Below, piece after piece: positions 59,073 to 63,296 of a stretch of DNA of 63,296 bases. Source of the DNA: Deltaproteobacteria bacterium (lineage in GTDB: Bacteria; Desulfobacterota; Binatia; UBA1149; CAYXZP01); NCBI GenBank assembly GCA_046583395.1, contig JAYGCK010000079.1:1-63296 (forward strand). The letters are read 5' to 3'. The position numbers were made by a program, and so were the translations under genes. Within the stretch, counting starts at the first letter, position 1. Every line of letters starts with the position of its first letter. The notes below the pieces were generated by a model, which was not told the DNA's origin, made no database searches, and saw nothing but the letters and a program-made list of their open reading frames with translations.

Positions 59073-61633
59073 TGGAACCGGGGGCTGGCGCGACAATGGG
59101 CGGCTACAAACTGACCCCTGTCATGCGCCAATATCTCGAGGTCAAAGGCGCCCACGAGGACGCGGTCCTGTTCTTCAGGATGGGCGATTTCTACGAGATG
59201 TTCTTCGAGGATGCCGAGCGCGCCTCTTCCGTGCTCGACATCGCACTGACCACTCGCAACCGCAACGATGAACGGCCAATCCCGATGTGCGGGATTCCAT
59301 GCCATTCGGTCAGGCCCTATGTGGCCCGGCTCCTGGAAGCCGGGATAAAGGTGGCAATCTGCGACCAGGTCGAACAGCCCGAGCGCGGGCTTGCACGGCG
59401 AAAGGTCACGCGCGTGATAACGCCGGGCACGGCGCTGGACGAAGAAAGCCTGGTGGCCGAAGAGCCCAACTATCTGGCCGCGGCTGCAGAGAGCGGTGGC
59501 CGGATTGGCCTGGCCTGGACCGAGTTCTCGACCGGCGAACTGCGTTTTACCGAGACCGGCGGCATGGACGAGTTCTCCGAAGAACTGGTCGGCGTGGGAC
59601 CGAGCGAACTGGTCGTCACCAGGGACGGCCAGCAGACCCTCGGCCAGCGGGGGTGCCAGTTGTTGGGCGGGGTCCATCTGAGCCTTGTCGATAATCAGGC
59701 GCTCGGCCGGGGCGGCGCCGGGGAAGCGGCCCTGGTACTCTTGACCGGTTATCTCGCTCGAACTTGGCCGGGGCACGACGGACACCTTCGCCCGGCGCAG
59801 CGTTATGAGGTCGGTAGCCTGATGCGCATCGACGCTGCCACGCGGGTCAATCTCGAACTTATCGAGGGCGCGCGTGGCGGCCGGCAGGGCTCGCTGTTGG
59901 CGGTCATCGATTCATCGGTCACCGCGATGGGCGGGCGTCTGCTCCACCGCTGGGTATCGAGCCCCTTGGCCGATGCGGCCGCCATAGGGCGCAGACTCGA
60001 CGGGGTCGAAGAACTGGTCGATGGGGGGGAGCTTCGCAGAGCCGTCCGCGAATTGTTGGGGGGGGTGGGCGATCTGGAGCGATTGTGCGGGCGGGTTGGG
60101 GCCGGGACCGCCAGTGCGCGTGACCTGGCGGCCGTGGCCGATTCGTTGGGGGTGGTCGCCGAGCTCATCGGGCTACTTGGCCGGCCAGAACTGGGCGCAA
60201 TCCTCGGTGCAAGCCTCGAAGAGTTGGACTCTTTGCCGGAGCTTCGCGCCGGACTTGTTGATGCGCTTGCCGCCGAGCTGCCCGGCGGCAGCGTACGTTT
60301 GGGGGTAATCCGTGACGGATACAATGACGAGGTCGATCGTCTACGCACCATCAGCCGTGACGGCAAGGGGTGGATAGTCGCTTTTGAGAAAGAAGAGCGC
60401 GAACGCACCGGCATCGGCACCCTCAAGGTCGGTTACAACAAGGTGTTCGGTTATTACATCGAGGTGGCTCGTGCGGCCGCCGACCGGGTTCCGTCCGATT
60501 ACGAGCGTAAACAGACGCTGACCAACGCAGAACGGTACGCTACAACCGAGCTCAAACAGCGCGAGGCCGAGGTGCTTGGCGCCGAAGAGCGCCTAGCCAG
60601 GCTGGAGTCACACCTGTTTTCCGAGCTGACCGCTACCGTCCTGGAGATGGTCGATGCTCTCGGTCGTACGGCAGTTGCGGTGGCACGAATCGATGCTCTG
60701 GCCGGCCTGGCCGAGACCGCCGTCAGACGCGGATACGTTCGTCCCGAGCTCGCCTCCGGCGGGCCGATGCAAATCAGCGAAGGCCGGCACCCAGTCGTGG
60801 AAGCCGCGGCCGGCGTGCGCTTTGTTCCCAACGATTGTTGTCTGGGCGATGACGACGGGGCCAGTTTGCTCGTGATTACCGGCCCCAACATGGCCGGCAA
60901 ATCGACCTATCTCAGACAGACGGCGCTGATTGGTCTGATGGCCCATTGCGGGTCCTTTGTTCCCGCCGCCGCCGCGCGCATTCCGTTGCTTGACCGTATC
61001 TTCACGCGTATCGGCGCAAGCGATGATTTGGCCGGCGGCCGTTCGACCTTCATGGTCGAGATGACCGAAACGGCCACCATCCTGGCCAACATGACCGATA
61101 GGAGCCTGGTGGTGCTTGACGAAATCGGCCGGGGCACCTCGACCTTCGACGGGATATCGATCGCCTGGGCGGTGGCCGAGGCCATGGTCGATGCGGGCGT
61201 AAAGACTCTGTTCGCGACCCACTATCACGAACTGGCCGCTTTGGCCGGGGTCCACGAACGCGTGGCCAATCTGTCGGTGGCGGTGCGCCGTTACCGCGGA
61301 GAGATAGTCTTCCTTTACCGGGTAATCGAAGGAGCGGCCAGTGGAAGTTACGGTATCGAGGTCGCCAAATTGGCCGGGCTGCCCGATCATGTGACCGGGC
61401 GCGCACGAGAGCTGCTTGCCGGGTTCGAAGAGCGGGCCGGTGAGGTCGACCGCGACCTTGCCTCCGGGCAGCTCGGGCTCTTCACCGCCACCTCCGGAGG
61501 CGGCGGTGAACTCGCAGGGGCCGCCCGACAGCTCTTGGCCGAGCTTGCCGGCACCGAGGTCGACCGGCTAACGCCTCTCGAGGCGCTCGCGCTGCTCGAC
61601 ACGTTTGTCCGCGCCGCACGCCAGGGGCAATAA
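59069..61633 (+). CDS. mutS: DNA mismatch repair protein MutS
   Basis: TPVMRQY, FFRMGDFYEMF, GPNMAGKST, STFMVEM, DEIGRGTST, FATHYHEL, SYGIEVAKLAGLP. Confidence 0.97.
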   Translation: MMEPGAGATMGGYKLTPVMRQYLEVKGAHEDAVLFFRMGDFYEMFFEDAERASSVLDIALTTRNRNDERPIPMCGIPCHSVRPYVARLLEAGIKVAICDQVEQPERGLARRKVTRVITPGTALDEESLVAEEPNYLAAAAESGGRIGLAWTEFSTGELRFTETGGMDEFSEELVGVGPSELVVTRDGQQTLGQRGCQLLGGVHLSLVDNQALGRGGAGEAALVLLTGYLARTWPGHDGHLRPAQRYEVGSLMRIDAATRVNLELIEGARGGRQGSLLAVIDSSVTAMGGRLLHRWVSSPLADAAAIGRRLDGVEELVDGGELRRAVRELLGGVGDLERLCGRVGAGTASARDLAAVADSLGVVAELIGLLGRPELGAILGASLEELDSLPELRAGLVDALAAELPGGSVRLGVIRDGYNDEVDRLRTISRDGKGWIVAFEKEERERTGIGTLKVGYNKVFGYYIEVARAAADRVPSDYERKQTLTNAERYATTELKQREAEVLGAEERLARLESHLFSELTATVLEMVDALGRTAVAVARIDALAGLAETAVRRGYVRPELASGGPMQISEGRHPVVEAAAGVRFVPNDCCLGDDDGASLLVITGPNMAGKSTYLRQTALIGLMAHCGSFVPAAAARIPLLDRIFTRIGASDDLAGGRSTFMVEMTETATILANMTDRSLVVLDEIGRGTSTFDGISIAWAVAEAMVDAGVKTLFATHYHELAALAGVHERVANLSVAVRRYRGEIVFLYRVIEGAASGSYGIEVAKLAGLPDHVTGRARELLAGFEERAGEVDRDLASGQLGLFTATSGGGGELAGAARQLLAELAGTEVDRLTPLEALALLDTFVRAARQGQ

Positions 61634-61664
61634 TGCTCGATAAGGGTCCCGCGGGGCCTGGCTC

Positions 61665-62852
61665 ATGAGAGGTCTGTCGCTAGCCCTAGTAGCTTGTCTG
61701 GCGCTGCTTGCGCCGGCCGCACCCGTGCAAGCGGCCGAGCCCATCCGTATCGTGCGTGTCAGGCACGCCAGCGCCGATGAATACACCCGGATAGTCATCG
61801 ACCTTAGCCGGCATGCCGGTTTCAAATGGGGCGAGCTTCCCGCCGATTCCGAGCGCGCTCTGCCGGGCCGGGTATATGTCGATCTTAACGGCGTTGTGCT
61901 CGAAGACGGCCGCGTTCTCGGTCTCAGGCCCGCCGACGGGCGCGTACGCCTGCTAAGGGCCGGGCAGCACAAGGCCGATGCCGCTCGTATCGTGGTCGAA
62001 CTGGAGTCCGAGGCCAAGGCCAAGGTCTTTTCCCTGCCGCAGCCCGCGCGCATCGTCATCGACCTCAGCGGTCCGAGAAAGGCCGTGGTTGCCAAAGACG
62101 AGCCCGAGCAGGCACCGGAGGTCCTGCCCTCGGTACGCACCGACGAGAAATTGCGAATCATCATCGACCCCGGGCACGGCGGCCGTGACCCCGGTGCCCG
62201 CGGCCGTGGGGGCCTGTCCGAGAAGAGCGTTGTCCTGGAGGTCGCGCAGCGGTTGGCGGCCAAGATTCGTCTCGGTGTGCCGGCCGAGGTGGATTTGACC
62301 CGCTACGGCGACAGCTTTGCGGCGCTTGGAGAGCGCAAGGACCTGGCCAACGATCGCAAGGCCGATTTTTTCATTTCCATCCACGCAAATGCGAGCGACA
62401 CTCGGCGAGTGCGGGGCATCGAGACCTATTATCTCAAGAATACCGATGACCGGGCGACCTTGCGTCTGGCCAGTCTGGAGAACGGTGTGGACATGATTTT
62501 GCGTGACGGTGACGCCAGCGCCGATGCCGACCTGCCCTACATCATCTCGGATCTAGCACAGGGGCATAAGGAACAGGAGTCCTTGCGCTTGGCCCGCCAC
62601 GTGCAATCGGAGTTGGTCCGGCATCTAAGGACACGGTACTCCGGGGTGGACAGCCTTGGGGACAAGCAGGGGCCGTTTCTGGTGCTGGATGGGACCCACA
62701 TGCCGTCCATCCTGGTTGAAATAGGATTTCTGACCCACGAGGTGGAGGGGGCACGTCTGGGTTCGCCCGCCTACCGCGAGGCCGTTGCCGAGGGACTTTA
62801 CCGGGGTCTGCGAAGCTATCTGGCCGAAGACCTCGGTCGTACGCAGCCATGA
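61665..62852 (+). CDS. N-acetylmuramoyl-L-alanine amidase (AMIN + Amidase_3; AmiC-like)
   Basis: Signal peptide, AMIN-like repeats (YTRIVIDL, ARIVVEL, RIVIDL), IIDPGHGGRDPGA, EK, FISIHANA, VEIGF. Confidence 0.92.
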   Translation: MRGLSLALVACLALLAPAAPVQAAEPIRIVRVRHASADEYTRIVIDLSRHAGFKWGELPADSERALPGRVYVDLNGVVLEDGRVLGLRPADGRVRLLRAGQHKADAARIVVELESEAKAKVFSLPQPARIVIDLSGPRKAVVAKDEPEQAPEVLPSVRTDEKLRIIIDPGHGGRDPGARGRGGLSEKSVVLEVAQRLAAKIRLGVPAEVDLTRYGDSFAALGERKDLANDRKADFFISIHANASDTRRVRGIETYYLKNTDDRATLRLASLENGVDMILRDGDASADADLPYIISDLAQGHKEQESLRLARHVQSELVRHLRTRYSGVDSLGDKQGPFLVLDGTHMPSILVEIGFLTHEVEGARLGSPAYREAVAEGLYRGLRSYLAEDLGRTQP

Positions 62853-63296
62853 GCGATAAAGGTCCCGGCCAGCGCCCGAGCCCGGACGAAGGGGCGATGC
62901 TGCTGCCGTCGGGGGCTAGTGCCGGCGGCAGGTTGCGCGAGATTTCCAGCGATTACGTTGTCGCCGTGCGCGAGCGGCTTGAGGCCGACCACTGGGCCGG
63001 CGCGAGCGGGGTGGAGACCGCTCTGCGGTTTAGCGCGGCCATCGACAACCTGGTTCGTTTTGTGGTCGATGCGGGGACCGAAAGGTTCGTTCGCCGCTAT
63101 GCCCGCGCCCACCAGAGGTGCGCTGTAATCGCACAGGGTGGATACGGACGCCGCGAGATGAACCCATGGTCGGATGTCGACCTGCTGGTGATGTATCCCG
63201 GCCGCATAACCCCTTACGTCGAGACCATCAACGAGTTGCTCATCCAGACATTGTTCGACGCCGGGCTTCAGGTCGGGTGGGCGGTTCGAACCGCCC
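62849..63296 (+). CDS. glnD: [Protein-PII] uridylyltransferase, 5' part (runs off the window)
   Basis: Manual translation from ATG 62849 (ATGA overlap with the amidase stop) gives AVIAQGGYGRREMNPWSDVDLL...LFDAGLQVGWAVR. Not in the track. Confidence 0.88.
   Translation, partial: MSDKGPGQRPSPDEGAMLLPSGASAGGRLREISSDYVVAVRERLEADHWAGASGVETALRFSAAIDNLVRFVVDAGTERFVRRYARAHQRCAVIAQGGYGRREMNPWSDVDLLVMYPGRITPYVETINELLIQTLFDAGLQVGWAVRTA

Noticed and set aside
1-63296. tRNA/rRNA genes, riboswitches, IS elements, prophage, CRISPR or defence genes
   Set aside because: Intergenic gaps are all under about 140 nt. I saw no cloverleaf, terminal inverted repeat, transposase, integrase or repeat-spacer pattern by eye. 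A covariance-model scan (Infernal/Rfam, tRNAscan-SE) would be needed to exclude small RNAs formally.

Overview
This is a gene-dense, high-GC (roughly two-thirds by eye) core-genome segment of a Gram-negative bacterium. Gene order and protein style suggest a deltaproteobacteria-like lineage (Desulfobacterota/Myxococcota/Binatota); this is inference. Contents in order: (1) a minus-strand rplU-rpmA-obgE-proB-proA-nadD-rsfS-LapA/TPR operon; (2) a plus-strand DUF2064 glycosyltransferase-App1/HAD phosphatase-cutA-yebC-ruvCAB-ntrY-[REC-LpxC] operon; (3) a minus-strand type II secretion cluster gspC-N; (4) lysS-lolE-lolD-bamA-skp followed by a lipid A/Kdo cluster (lpxA, lpxI, GnnA-like, lpxB, msbA, DUF374/LpxJ-like, waaA, lpxK, epimerase, kdkA); (5) yicC-gmk-spoT-ridA, rpmB, pgi-mutL-miaA-pheA-hisC-tyrA-aroA-cmk-rpsA-ihfB-HIT-mutS-amidase-glnD. 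I saw no tRNA, rRNA, CRISPR array or mobile element. The standout is a single ORF fusing an intact NtrX-type phospho-receiver domain to a catalytically intact LpxC, translationally coupled to an NtrY-type sensor kinase. It is a candidate two-component system acting directly on the committed step of lipid A synthesis. Secondary oddities: one in-frame TGA in bamA, a LapA-TPR (LapB-like) fusion, lpxD/fabZ missing from the lipid A cluster, and a probable CTG start for nadD.
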